Below are positions 25,222 through 37,717 of a DNA stretch of 64,000 nucleotides, in pieces. This DNA comes from an uncultured Gemmatimonadaceae bacterium (GTDB lineage Bacteria > Gemmatimonadota > Gemmatimonadetes > Gemmatimonadales > Gemmatimonadaceae): assembly GCA_963829055.1 (NCBI GenBank), contig CAWHHI010000020.1, positions 640,001 to 704,000 of the forward strand. The letters are read 5' to 3'. Positions within the stretch are counted from its first letter, which is position 1, and every line of letters starts with the position of its first letter. The position numbers and the translations under genes were made by a program. Below the pieces are notes generated by a model that was given only the letters and a program-made list of their open reading frames with translations, had not been told where the DNA came from and ran no database searches.

Positions 25222-27255
25222 TCAGGGAACCGCAGCCGGAGATCCCTGCACGTTAGGCTGCTCTGGCACAATGCCTCTCGTGTCGTCAGCCGGAGCTGCA
25301 TCGCGGTCACGATACCAGTAGGCGACCGCCAGGAGGAACAGGCCGGCGAGGAAGTAGCTCGCGACTCGCCATCCGATCACGAGCGATGACGCTTCCGCCA
25401 TCGCCTTCAGCGCCGCGAAGATCGCGAGGCCGAGCCCGACGTGGCGGAGCACTCGGATCCCGCGGTGCCGGCCGATGAAGATCGCCGCGACGCCGACCAC
25501 CGCGTAGTACAGGATCAGCAGGAACGTCGCCGCGTCCGGCGAGTAGGCGTGCGACAGCTCCGTGTTCCCCCACATGAACGTCACCGCTGCGCCGGCGAGC
25601 CTGACAGCTGTCCGCGTTTCCAGCGTGCCCGGGCCCACGTCGAGGAGCTGCACGCGCGACGCGTTCCACGAGACGACGAGCCATGCCGCCGACATCGCCA
25701 ACGCCGCGAGCGACGGCGCGGTCAGGAACGGCGTGTACTGGTAGCTCGGGCGGTCGAGCAACTGCTGGAACGTCCACACCGTCAGGATCGCGAGGCCGAG
25801 CGCGATCGGTACGGCGAGGAGCCGCGTGCGCTCTCGGCGCAGCAGCAGCGACAGCGCCGCCGCGTGCGCGGCGAGCGCCACGCAGGACTCCACTGCCCTG
25901 TCCTCGAGCGCGAACAAAAGCGCGGCGCCGCTCGTGATGCCGCCGACCATGAGGTGCGTGGGACGGACGGCGGGCTGCAGATACGCAGCTGCCGCAGCTG
26001 CCGCCGTCCATCCCAGGGCAACGAGTGTGCGCGCGGTCATCGTGTCGTGAACGCTCGCGAGGGCTACCGCACCTAACGCCAACGGGAGCACCGCCGCCGT
26101 GAACAACGGCTGGCGCGTTCGCGGCCCATCCGCAGGAATGACTTCACCGCGTCCCGCGACGAACACGCTCGCGTACGCCGTCACGGTTCCAAGCGCCGCC
26201 AGGATGAGCAGGTCCGTTGCGGGCGCGCGGTCGATCGCCTGCGCCGCGATCGTTCCGAGAAGCGCGACGATCGCCGACCGACTAATGCGCGCGCCCCACG
26301 TTCCCCGCGTGATGATGAGCGCGGTCCAGGCGATCGCGACGGCGAAGATCGCCGGATAATCCTGCGCGTACGCTTCGAGACTGCGCGGCCCGACTCCCGC
26401 CGCCGACGCCGTGTACAGCCAGCAACCGATGGTTGTCACGGCGACCGCCGTCCGCCAGGCGCGGCCGCGTAGCGCGGCGAGTCCGCAGGCGAGCACCACG
26501 TACCCGTAGATCAGCAGCGCGATGATGCTGCCCGACTCGCGCGACGTCACGAACGGCGCGATGAGCGCTCCGCCAACGCCGACGCTGAACAGCGCCTCCT
26601 CGTCGCCGACCCACGCGAGCACGGCCAGCGCGACCGACGCCGCAGCCGCTGCGCCGAGCGCCACCCACGACGGCACCAATTCGAGATATGGACCCGCGCC
26701 CCACGCATCGACGTGCACGAGTGCGAGCGCCAACGCGAGCAGTGTGCTGCCGAATCGCTTCGAACCGCGCGACCGCACCCGCCATCCAACGACCGCGACC
26801 GCCGCCGCGCCGAGCGCACCGAGGAACACGCGCAGGCCCGGCCCGATCTTGCCGTGGGCGATGGCCCAGCTGAGAAACGCGCCCGCGCCGAGCAGAATCG
26901 TGAGCGACGCCAGGGCGAGCGTTCCGTAGCGACCGATCAGCGATTCGAGGTCGAGCGATGGTCGTTCTGTGCCTGCTCGGCGATCCGCCGTCCGCCGTTC
27001 GGCCTCACGGCGATCGGCCTCGAGCTTCGTGACGATGGCCGGGTCCGCGCACGGTCTCGACCGGGCGCTCGAGCCGACATGGGCGTGGACGCGCGTGTCC
27101 CGTCGAGTCGATCGACGACGTCGCGAAGCGCCCGAACCTCCCGCACGAGGTTGGCGACCGTCTGTTCGAGGAGGTCGAGACGCTCTGGCAAGCGGGGTCG
27201 GGACGGGGAACGCGCGCACTTCGAGCTTCGCGCCGATCGACGGATCGAGGCGCAA
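25222..27255 (-). CDS. DUF2339-like polytopic membrane protein; N-terminus affected by indels
   Basis: LESLIGRYG...LLGAGAFLSWAI..IGPGLRVFLG and C-terminal RHVGLGLAIFAALK...WRVASYF, typical of DUF2339 proteins. Confidence 0.7.
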   Translation of the reverse strand: MRLDPSIGAKLEVRAFPVPTPLARASRPPRTDGRQPRAGGSGASRRRRSTRRDTRVHAHVGSSARSRPCADPAIVTKLEADRREAERRTADRRAGTERPSLDLESLIGRYGTLALASLTILLGAGAFLSWAIAHGKIGPGLRVFLGALGAAAVAVVGWRVRSRGSKRFGSTLLALALALVHVDAWGAGPYLELVPSWVALGAAAAASVALAVLAWVGDEEALFSVGVGGALIAPFVTSRESGSIIALLIYGYVVLACGLAALRGRAWRTAVAVTTIGCWLYTASAAGVGPRSLEAYAQDYPAIFAVAIAWTALIITRGTWGARISRSAIVALLGTIAAQAIDRAPATDLLILAALGTVTAYASVFVAGRGEVIPADGPRTRQPLFTAAVLPLALGAVALASVHDTMTARTLVALGWTAAAAAAAYLQPAVRPTHLMVGGITSGAALLFALEDRAVESCVALAAHAAALSLLLRRERTRLLAVPIALGLAILTVWTFQQLLDRPSYQYTPFLTAPSLAALAMSAAWLVVSWNASRVQLLDVGPGTLETRTAVRLAGAAVTFMWGNTELSHAYSPDAATFLLILYYAVVGVAAIFIGRHRGIRVLRHVGLGLAIFAALKAMAEASSLVIGWRVASYFLAGLFLLAVAYWYRDRDAAPADDTRGIVPEQPNVQGSPAAVP

Positions 27256-27398
27256 GCTAGCTCAGCCCGCGTCGAGTGGCGATGGGTCGCCGGTTCGTCA
27301 CAACGTGGCACGCACGGAGCGAAACCGGTCGAACTATTTCGGTGGTGCGTCTGTCCGAGCTAGACCGGCCGACCCTCCCTCAACTCGAGACCGTCCGC

Positions 27399-29834
27399 AT
27401 GGATACGCTGCTTCGCGACCTGCGCTACCTCCTGCGCTCACTGCGCTCAGCCCGCGCGTTCTCGGCGGTTGTCGTGCTCACGATCGCGGTTGCCGTCGGT
27501 GCCAGCACCGCGCTCTTCAGCGTCGTCGATCCGCTGCTGCTCCGCGCCGAGCCGTTCAGGGATGCGGGCAGGTTGATGGCGCTGTGGGAGTCGCCGCCAC
27601 GGGCGGACGGTGGGGTCGCACCGGGAAAGAACGAGGTCTCGCCGGGCACGTTCCTCGACTGGAGCGCCGAGCGTGCGGTGTTCGATGGTGTGGCGGCCGT
27701 CGCGCCGTGGCGGCCGAACCTCACTGGCATCGATGAGCCCACGCGTCTCAACGCGACCGCCGTGTCGCGCGACTTCTTCCAGACGCTGGGCGCCACGCCG
27801 TTGATTGGCCGAGTGTTCGTGCCCGAGGAAGCGACCACGGGCAAGAACTCGGTGGTCGTGCTGTCCTACGACTTCTGGCGGCAGCGGTTCGGCGGCGACT
27901 CGGGGATCGTCGGGCGCGAGATCTCGCTCAACGGTCGGCCGTACGCGGTGGTGGGCGTGATGCCGGAACGCTTTCAGCTTCGGTATCCGCTGCCGCAGGC
28001 GTCGGACCTCTGGCGTCCCATGGTGATCGAAGGAGCGACGGCGACGAATCGTCAGGCGCATTACCTGTATGTCTTCGGACGCCTGCGCGCCGGTGTCTCG
28101 CCGGAGCGCGCGCAGTCCGCGTTGACGGCGCTCGCCGCGCGTCGCGCGACGGATTTTCCCGCGACGAACCGCGGCTGGGGCGCGCGCGTGATCCCGCTGC
28201 GCGACGACATCGCGAGTGACGTGCGGCCGCTGCTGCTCGTTGGATCGGCCGCCGTTGCGCTGGTGTTGTTGATCGCCTGCGCGAACGTGGCGAACCTGCT
28301 GCTGGCGCGCGGTGCGACGCGCGCCCGAGAGGTCGCGCTGCGTACCGCGTTAGGCGCCACTCGACAGCGCATTGTCCGGCAACTGGCGACGGAGAGCGTC
28401 GCGCTCGCGCTCCTTGGCGCGGTGTTGGGCCTGCCGCTCGCGCGCGTGCTCGTCTCCGTGCTCGTGCGATTCGGACCTCCCGCCTTCCAGGCGAACAGCG
28501 AGATCGCGCTCGACGTGCGCGCCGTGATTGTTCGCCGTAGCGCTCGCAATCGTGACCGGCGTTGTGTTCGGGCTTGCGCCGGCGTTGTATGCGGCGCGGA
28601 CATCGGCAGGTGACGCGCTCCGCGAGGGCGGCCGACGCGTGTCGAGCGGGAGAGCCGGCGCGCGTACGCGTGATGCGCTCGTCGCGGTCGAGGTCGCGCT
28701 GGCGGTACTGCTGCTCATCGGCGCCGGCCTAACGCTGCTCAGCTTCTCCCGTCTCCTGCGTGTCGACCCAGGGTTCGATGCACGCAACGCGCTGACGTTC
28801 GAGCTCGGGCTTCCCGCTTCGACATACCAGACGCCGGAGGCCGTCACGCAGGCGCATCATCGGCTCGTCGACGCGCTGCGCGCACTACCGGGCGTGACGC
28901 AGCGCGGGCGCGTCGAGTCATGTGCCGCTCGCGGGCGGCAACATGACGACCGGACTGGAGATCGAGGGGAGGCCCGTCGTGGCGCCGGAGCGTCCGGCAG
29001 AGGTGAACTATCGCGTCACGACGGATGGGTTCACCGCCGCGTCAGGCATGACGATGCGACGCGGTCGGGCGATCGCCGCGAGCGACGCGGCCGGTGGCTG
29101 GCGCGTCGCCACGATCAGCGAGACCGCCGCCGCGCGACTGTTCCCGGGCGAGGATCCGATCGGCCGTCGCGTTCGCGTGTCCGGCGACTCCGCGTGGCTC
29201 GCAGATCGTTGGCGTGGTGCGGGACGTCAGGCACACGTCGCTCGAGAGTGCGCCGGGCGTCGACGTCTACATCCCGGTCGAGCGCGAGCCGTCGAACTAC
29301 ATGCGCTACGTCGTCAGGACGAGCGGTGCTCCCGGCGCGCTGGCGCCAGACGTCAGGCGCGCCGTCCGGGCGTTCGATCCGTCGCTGCCGATCGTGGGAC
29401 TCGAGAGTCTCGAGAGCGTGGTGGCGCGAGCGAGTGTCCCGCGCCGGTTCGCGATGCTGCTGCTCGGGTCGTTCGCGCTCATCGCGGTGGTGCTGGCGGT
29501 GGGAGGGGTATACGCGATGGTCGCCTACGCGGTGAGCCAACGCACACATGAGCTGGCGGTGCGCGTCGCACTTGGCGCGCGCCCGGCGGAGGTCATCCGC
29601 GCGGTGATGACCCGCGGCCTCGGCGCCGTGGCCGTCGGCCTGGGCGCCGGAGTCCTGCTCGCGTTCGCGTTAGGTCGAGCGATCTCCGCCCTGCTCTACG
29701 GCGTGAGCGCGCACGATCCGGCGATCTACCTGGCCGCTCCGGCGCTGCTCGGGCTCGTGGCGGTGGCGTCCGCGTTGCTGCCCGCGTTGCGGGCGTCGCG
29801 GATCGATCCGATCGTCGCGCTGCGGGACGCCTAA
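27399..29834 (+). CDS. Duplicated MacB/FtsX-type ABC permease (ADOP family), frameshifted
   Basis: [64 protein letters not shown]. Confidence 0.9.
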
Positions 29835-29876
29835 CGCCCTGATCCGCTGGTGCCGCCGTGGCCATGGTTACGGCGG

Positions 29877-30272
29877 CTACCGCGTCAGGATCCGGTTCAG
29901 CACGTCCTTCGCGATCTCCTTGTCGTACTCGACGGCGCTCTTCTTCGCGGTCACTTCGACCTTCGTCGTCGAATCGGTCGATCGATTGAGCTCGGCCGTC
30001 ACTTCGTACTCGCCTTTCGTGCCGATCAGCTTTCGCTGTTCGCCACTGTTCTCCGTACTGCGCCCGGTCTCCGTGATACCAGCCTGCTGGAACGCCGTGA
30101 CGCTGCGGTCGAACACCTGAGTGACGTTGCCGGCGACGACGGACGTCGCGCCGCGGTTCGTGTAAGCGATGGCGCCCGCGGCGCCAGCACCGGCAGCGAC
30201 GAGGAAACAACCACCGGCGGAGAGCGTCGAGACGGCGAGAACAAAGCCCGCGGCGAAGGCACGCGAATGCAT
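29877..30272 (-). CDS. Small lipoprotein, DUF3568-like
   Basis: RBS CAGGAG; lipobox LSAGGC then AAGAGAAGAIAY; STTKVEVTA...EIAKDVLNRI. Confidence 0.7.
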   Translation of the reverse strand: MHSRAFAAGFVLAVSTLSAGGCFLVAAGAGAAGAIAYTNRGATSVVAGNVTQVFDRSVTAFQQAGITETGRSTENSGEQRKLIGTKGEYEVTAELNRSTDSTTKVEVTAKKSAVEYDKEIAKDVLNRILTR

Positions 30273-30357
30273 GGAAGCTCCTGAAGAATCAATGTGGAAT
30301 GGACGGACCACATCGAGCCAATGCGAGAAGTATGCGAGCCGCAATGGCTGCAGGACC

Positions 30358-30546
30358 GGCATCGCGAACGTTCGCGCCTGTCGTGAGTGATCAGTGCGTG
30401 AGTCGTCGGTCATCAGTCATCAGTCGAGTCGCCAGTAGCAGCAATGGCGGTTCGTAGCCGTTCGCCAGGCGGGACTGAAAACTGATGACTAACGACTGAT
30501 TGCTCACGACGTGTTACTGGTGCGACCGACCGCGATGCCGGCCAAA
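30358..30546 (-). mobile_element. About 190-bp MITE-like palindromic element, copy B (inverted relative to copy A)
   Basis: AGCCGTTCGCCAGGCGGGACTGAAA and CGTGAGTCGTCGGTCATCAGTCATCAGTCGAGTC are reverse complements of segments of 25017-25207. Confidence 0.6.
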
Positions 30547-30557
30547 TCAGTGGTGTC

Positions 30558-31490
30558 TCACTTCGACCAGAGCAGCATGACTCCACAAGCGGCGCCTGAG
30601 ATGCGGTATCGCGTTGGCACCGTCGCGCCCGAGTAATACTCGACGCCCGCGAGATCCCAGGTCGAGATGATGTCGAAATCCGCCTCGTCGAGCAGAATGT
30701 CGTCGAGGTAGGTCTGCACGAGACACGGCTTGCTCGACGTGCACGAACTGGCTGAGGTCGCGGTGCCGATTGGCGGATCGTTCGAAGAGGCCCCTTGTCC
30801 CGCGCCACCGCTCCCCGACACGCCTGTGGGCGAGCCGCCCGTCGTGGCTCCGCCGCGACCGCCGCTTCCGCCGCCCTTCGCGCCTGGCTTGATCGCCTCC
30901 GACGGTGAGCTCCCGACGCCGCACGAGCCGCGCACGCTGGCAATGTGGGGGCGACCATCGCCGTCATGGACCACGCGCAGTCCGGGGAAGCGACTCATCG
31001 CCACGACACCGAAGTCGCGACTTCCTTCCTTCTCCAGCTGATCGACCGTCATGAATTTCCCGAGGCCGATCCGCCGTCGCGCCTCGAAGTCGCGGAGCCG
31101 CGACGCACCGGCCGCTTTGACTTCCACCGCCTCCATTGTCACGGCCGTGCGTTCGAGTTGGAACACGATTCCGGTGGTATCGCCCTGGAACGGCAGCATT
31201 GTATCGGCGGCAGCGTAGCCGAGGAAGCGGACGCGGATGCGGTGGCTTCCGACAGGGATGCCGGGGAGGTGCGCCTCGCCCAACGCATCGGTGCGACCAC
31301 TGCGGCCGAGCTCCGGGAAGATCACCTCGGCACCCTGCAGTGCCTGGCCACTCCCAGCGTCCGCTACGCCGACAACCAGCACGGTGGTCGGCGTTTTGAC
31401 GTTCGCGACCTGACATGGCGCGACGGCTGGAGCGGCGAACAGCAGGGCGCCCGCGACGCCCGCGACAATGGCGTGGACCTTTGCATCCAT
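30558..31490 (-). CDS. Secreted CarboxypepD_reg-like + TonB-plug-like protein without a beta-barrel
   Basis: DAGSGQALQGAEV...TDALG...IRVRFLGY; FEARRRIGLGKF...FPGL; LAGVEYY...CGVMLLWSK, then stop. Confidence 0.7.
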   Translation of the reverse strand: MDAKVHAIVAGVAGALLFAAPAVAPCQVANVKTPTTVLVVGVADAGSGQALQGAEVIFPELGRSGRTDALGEAHLPGIPVGSHRIRVRFLGYAAADTMLPFQGDTTGIVFQLERTAVTMEAVEVKAAGASRLRDFEARRRIGLGKFMTVDQLEKEGSRDFGVVAMSRFPGLRVVHDGDGRPHIASVRGSCGVGSSPSEAIKPGAKGGGSGGRGGATTGGSPTGVSGSGGAGQGASSNDPPIGTATSASSCTSSKPCLVQTYLDDILLDEADFDIISTWDLAGVEYYSGATVPTRYRISGAACGVMLLWSK

Positions 31491-31609
31491 GGCGCTGACC
31501 AACCCGGTTCCGATCGCTCGATGATGTGTTGGTGCGCGACGAATCGCCAGCGGGCAGCGTGGCCGGCGTCAGAAATGGCGCGAGTGGTCCCGGTCTCGCA
31601 CGCCGAGAA

Positions 31610-32464
31610 TCAGCCGACGACGCCCAGTCGTCGCTCGAGCTCTTCCCGCCGCGAGCGACTCACGCGAAGCCGCACCCCGCTCTTGAGCTGCACCTCGTAG
31701 TCGCCACCCGCGCCACGGTGAAACGTGTCGATGAGATCGACGCGGACGATGATCGAGCGATGGATGCGCAGGAATCGATTCGGATCGAGCCTCTGCTCGA
31801 GCGTCTGGATCGCTTCGCGAATGAGATAGGCGCGCTCGCTCGTGTGGAGCTCGACGTACGGACCGCTCGCGGTGATGTACTCGATCTGCGAGACGGGAAC
31901 GACGCGAACCTTTCCGCGCATCTCCACCGCGATGCGCTCGAGATACGCGCTCGTCGTTGCGCGGTGCGGGCAGCACCGGGCTGCGCGCCATCGCCGGTCC
32001 CGCCGCTGCCGCACTGCCACGCGGGCCCGTCGAGCACGGCGAGCAGACGCTCGCGGAGCTCGCCCATCTCCTCGAGCTCCACGTGTCGACGCGCGCGCCG
32101 GAACGCCTGCTCGAAGCGTTCGTCGTCGAACGGCTTGACGAGATAGTCGACCGCGGCGAGGTCGAACGCCTGAAGCGCGTACCGATCGTACGCCGTCACG
32201 AAGATCGTCGCGCGGCATCGTCGTCGGGGCCGATCTCGCGCACGACATCGATGCCGGTCTTCCCGGGCATCTGCACGTCGAGAAACACGAGATCGGGGTG
32301 CAGCGAGCGCACGGCGTCGACGGCCGCCGCGCCGTTGTCGACGCTGGCCACGATCTCCACGCCGTCTTCGGCGCCGCAGCAGGTCCTCGACGCGCTGGCG
32401 CGCCAGCGGCTCGTCGTCGACGATCAGCACGCGGATCGGCTACGATCGGTCAGTTCGACGCCAT
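31610..32464 (-). CDS. LytTR family response regulator, frameshifted
   Basis: LIVDDEPLAR, VFLDVQMPG, IFVTAYDRYALQAF, FLRIHRSIIV, VSRSRREEL. Confidence 0.9.
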
Positions 32465-32474
32465 GGATCCGACG

Positions 32475-33734
32475 TTAGGCGATCGCCGGCGCGGCTTCGG
32501 CGTGGAGATCGGCCGCCGTGTGATACGGCAGCACGACCTCGGCCACCGTTCCACGCTCGGCCGCGCGGCGAAGCGACAGGCGCTGTTCCGGCACCGTAGA
32601 GCTGCTCGAGCCGGGCACGCGTGTTACTGAGCCCGACACCGCCGCCGCTGGGCCGGTGCGCCTTGCCGTTCGCGTTAGGCGCGCCGTTGCCGTCGGCGGC
32701 GATCGCCGGCATCGAGTCCCGGGCCGTTGTCGCGAACCGTGATGACGACGTCGTCGCCGACGCACCGCGCGCGCAGCTCGATCCGGCCTGCGCCCTCCAC
32801 CTTGCTCACGCCGTGCATCACGGCGTTCTCGACGAGTGGCTGCAGCACGAAGTTCGGAACGAGCGCATCCATGACGTCGTCGTCGACCTGGATGTCCACA
32901 TCGAGGCGCCCCTGGAAGCGGACCTGCATGATGTCGAGGTAGAGGCGAAGCAGCTCGAGCTCGCGCGACAGCGGAATCTCCTGCTCGCTCGTGCCCTCGA
33001 GCGTGACGCGAAGGAGCTCGCTCAATCGCGCGATCATGCGACGCACGCCGCGCGGGTCGCGCTCGACGAGCGACGAGACGGCGTGCAGCGTGTTGAACAG
33101 GAAGTGCGGATTGAGCTGCGCGCTGAGCACCGCGAGCCGCGCCTCGGCGAGCTGCGCCTGGAGCTGCGCGGCCTGCGCCGTCAGCCGAACGGTCTCGTCG
33201 TGCGGGCGCGATAGCGCGCAAAGATGTCGCGCGCGATGCCGGCGGCGAGCACGGCGAAGTAGACGGTGAGATCGTCGAGGAACCACAGCCGCGCAGATGC
33301 CGGTGCGCCACGTGATCGGCGGGCCGCGACGCGGTCGCTGCGGAAGATCGAGCAGCGCGTCACGCATGAAGTGGATCGCGACGTCCACGAACATCGCCGT
33401 GACGACGCCGACGCCGAGCAGGAGCAGGACGCGACCGAATCGATTCCCGCGCGGCTCGAGGCTGACGCGGCTCGCGAGCCAGAAGATCGGGACGGTCAGC
33501 ACCGCCCACAGGTAGTACTCGGCGAACGCGAGCGTGATGGGCGTCGACGACGGGAACGGCTGCTGAAACGCGGGGCCACGCGGATCGAGCAAGCGACTCG
33601 CCGCGTTGAGGACGGCGAGCACGGTCCAGAACGCGAAGATGAGCAGCAGCTCGGTGCGCTGCAGCGGAAAGCGCGACGCTGCGTCGCTCGCTCGTGGCGA
33701 GAGTGTCGGTCAGTGGAAGGGACGCGGTGGCCAC
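32475..33734 (-). CDS. LytS-type sensor histidine kinase, frameshifted; start approximate
   Basis: TM sensor, AQLNPHFLFNTLH, LQPLVENAVMHG, VRDNGPG, GVGLSNTRARL. Confidence 0.9.
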
Positions 33735-33826
33735 GATCAAAGGATACGCCGCTAGCTTCGAGACCGTCAGGGCGGCCAGAACGAACGGCACCGCGCGACG
33801 ATACACGGGCTGCACGCTGGGACAAC

Positions 33827-33879
33827 TGCCGACGGCTGCATGCTGCGGCCGCACGCTGCGCGCTGCTGCTATTAGCGCC
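33827..33879 (+). repeat. 53-bp direct repeat, copy 1 (upstream of the efflux operon)
   Basis: TGCCGACGGCTGCATGCTGCGGCCGCACGCTGCGCGCTGCTGCTATTAGCGCC; 52/53 identical to 37597-37649. Confidence 0.85.
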
Positions 33880-34103
33880 CGGTACGCCAGCGCGCTGTCG
33901 ACCCGCCGCCAGCCGTCCGCCAGTCCCGTTCCCGAGTCCCGTCAACCACCTGTACGTGCAGTTCGTTACACCCTCGTGCAACTCGGCGAAAATTCGGGCA
34001 CGCTCCAACGGGTGATCCGTATTCCTCACGACAGGAAGGCGGGTGAGATCCCGTTAGGCTCGCTACCGAATCGAGCCGCCGATCGCGACGCTGTGAGGAA
34101 CAC

Positions 34104-35528
34104 ATGACCAAGAAAACGCGTTTCGCAGTAGGAGCCATCGTGGTCGCCGTCGGGCGCTCTGGGGCTATGGATCTACCGGAACGCCGAGGCGCACGAAGCG
34201 CCGTCGTATCGCTTCGCGACCGTCACTCGCGGGAATCTCGAATCCACCGTCTCGGCCACTGGCGCGCTCAGCGCCGTGACGACGGTGCAGGTCGGCACGC
34301 AGGTGTCCGGTCAGGTCTCGCAGATCTACGTCGACTTCAACGACCACGTGAAGAAGGGGCAGCTGCTCGCGCGCATCGATCCGACGCTGCAGCAGCAGGC
34401 CGTGCTCGACGCGCAGGCCGGGCTCGTCCGAGCGCAGGCCGACCTCGAGCGCTCGAAGGCCGAGTACGATCGCAACAAGACGCTGTACGACCAGAAGGTG
34501 CTGACCGCGACCGAGTTCAACGACCGCGCAGTACAACTATACGGTCGCGCAGGCGAGCGTGAAGTCGGCGCAGGTCGCGCTCGATCGCGCGAAGCAGAAC
34601 CTCGCGCTACACCGAGATCTACGCGCCGATCGATGGCGTCGTCGTCGAGCGCAACGTCGACGTCGGCCAGACCGTCGCGGCGAGTCTCTCGGCGCCGCAG
34701 CTCTTCCTGATCGCGAACGACCTCTCGCAGATGCAGATCCTCGCGTCGGTCGACGAGAGCGACATCGGCATCGATCCACGAAGGCCAGGACGTGCGGTTC
34801 ACGGTGCAGGCGTACCCGAACCAGACGTTCACCGGGACGGTGCGGCAGGTGCGGCTGCAGTCGACGACGACCGACAACGTCGTGAACTACACGGTCGTCG
34901 TGTCGGTCGACAACCCGAAGGGCACGCTGCTGCCGGGCATGACGGCGACGGTCGAGTTCCTCACCGGCTCGGCCGAGAACGTGCTGATCGTGCCTAACGC
35001 CGCGCTGCGCTTCCGCGCCGACGCCGGAGATGATGGCGGCGGCGGGCGTGCCGACGCGACCGGCGCGCCGCGCACGGCGGCGGATTCGGTGGCGTTCGCG
35101 GCACGGCGCGACAGCCTGCGCGGGCACGCGCGGCGGCCGGCGGCACCGGCGGTGGTGCGCAGGCGCGGCGGCCAGGTGGCGCAGCGGGCGGACAGGCGGG
35201 TGCCGCGCGTGGTGGCAATGGGCGGCGGCGCGCCACGGCGCCGGTGGCGCGGCGCGGTGGTACGCGCTCGCGATCGCTCCGGCGGCCGTCGACGGGTTCG
35301 CCCAGCTCTGGTACGTCGGACGCCGAACGGCAAGCCGGCCGTGATGCGCGTTCGCACCGGACTCTCCGACGGTCAGAACACGCAGGTCATCGGCCCGGAC
35401 GTCAAGGAGGGCATGCAGGTGATCATCGGGTCGGCCGCGGCGACGACAACGACGCCGCGCCGCGACCTCGACCAGTCCGTTCCAGCAGCAGCGTCGGCCC
35501 AGGCCCTGGCGGCCCGGGAGGGTTCTGA
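34104..35528 (+). CDS. Efflux periplasmic adaptor (MacA-like membrane fusion protein), frameshifted
   Basis: TVQVGTQVSGQV, VKKGQLLARID, IYAPIDGVV...VGQTVAAS, ASVDESDIG, LLPGMTATV. Confidence 0.9.
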
Positions 35529-35530
35529 TC

Positions 35531-36340
35531 ATGCCTAACGTCATCACGAACGACCCGGCGACGACGCCGGTCATCCGGATCGAGAGGCGTTCGCAAGACG
35601 TACACGATGGGCGACAACGAGGTCCACGCGCTCCGCGGCGTGGATCTCACGGCCGAGCGCGGCGAGATGATCGCGATCATGGGCACGTCGGGCTCCGGCA
35701 AGTCGACGCTGATGAACATGCTCGGCTGCCTCGACACGCCGACGGCCGGGCTCGTACTGGCTCGACGGCATCGCGCGTCGATGGCGCTGAGCCGCAACGC
35801 AGCTCGCCGACCTGCGGAACCAGAAGCTCGGCTTCGTCTTCCAGGGGTTCAACCTGCTGGCGCGCACGTCGGCGCTCGACAACGTCGAGCTGCCGCTGCT
35901 GTACGATCGCACCGGCCGCTGGAAGAACACGAAGGCGCTCGCCGCGGAAGCGCTGCGACGCGTGGGACTCGGCGATCGGCTCGATCACCAGCCGAGCGAG
36001 CTGTCGGGCGGCCAGCAGCAGCGCGTCGCGATCGCGCGCGCGCTCGTGACGCAGCCGACGCTGCTGCTCGCCGACGAGCCGACGGGAAATCTCGACAGCC
36101 ACATGACGGTCGAGATCATGTCGCTCTTTCAGGAGTTGAACGATCAGGGCATCACCATCGTGCTCGTGACGCACGAGCCGGACGTCGCGCAGTACGCGAA
36201 GCGCATCGTCGAGGTGCGCGACGGACGCATCAGCGCGACCACCGTGTGACCGATCGGCACAACGCCGCGGGCGATCTGCGGGAGCTGCTGGCGACCGAGC
36301 CCGAGGAAGACGACGCGGAGCTCGTGGCCGAGGAGGCCGC

Positions 36341-36344
<4 letters not shown>
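35531..36344 (+). CDS. ABC ATP-binding protein (MacB/LolD-type), frameshifted
   Basis: [44 protein letters not shown]. Confidence 0.92.
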
Positions 36345-37571
<1,227 letters not shown>

Positions 37572-37596
37572 GTCGATGGTTGGGACGCTGGACTTG

Positions 37597-37649
37597 TGCC
37601 GACGGCTGCATGCTGCGGCCGCACGCTGCCCGCTGCTGCTATTAGCGCC
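37597..37649 (+). repeat. 53-bp direct repeat, copy 2 (upstream of the TolC-family gene)
   Basis: 52/53 identical to 33827-33879. Confidence 0.85.
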
Positions 37650-37717
37650 TTGTACTCCACGCGCTGCTTGCTGCTCGCCGAACTACCCAGTCCTCAGTCC
37701 CTTGCAGGTATAGATCA

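Noticed and set aside
33958..33990. GCAGTTCG/GCAACTCG direct repeat as a LytTR binding site
   Set aside because: Short and degenerate with only approximate spacing; cannot be told from chance without comparative data.
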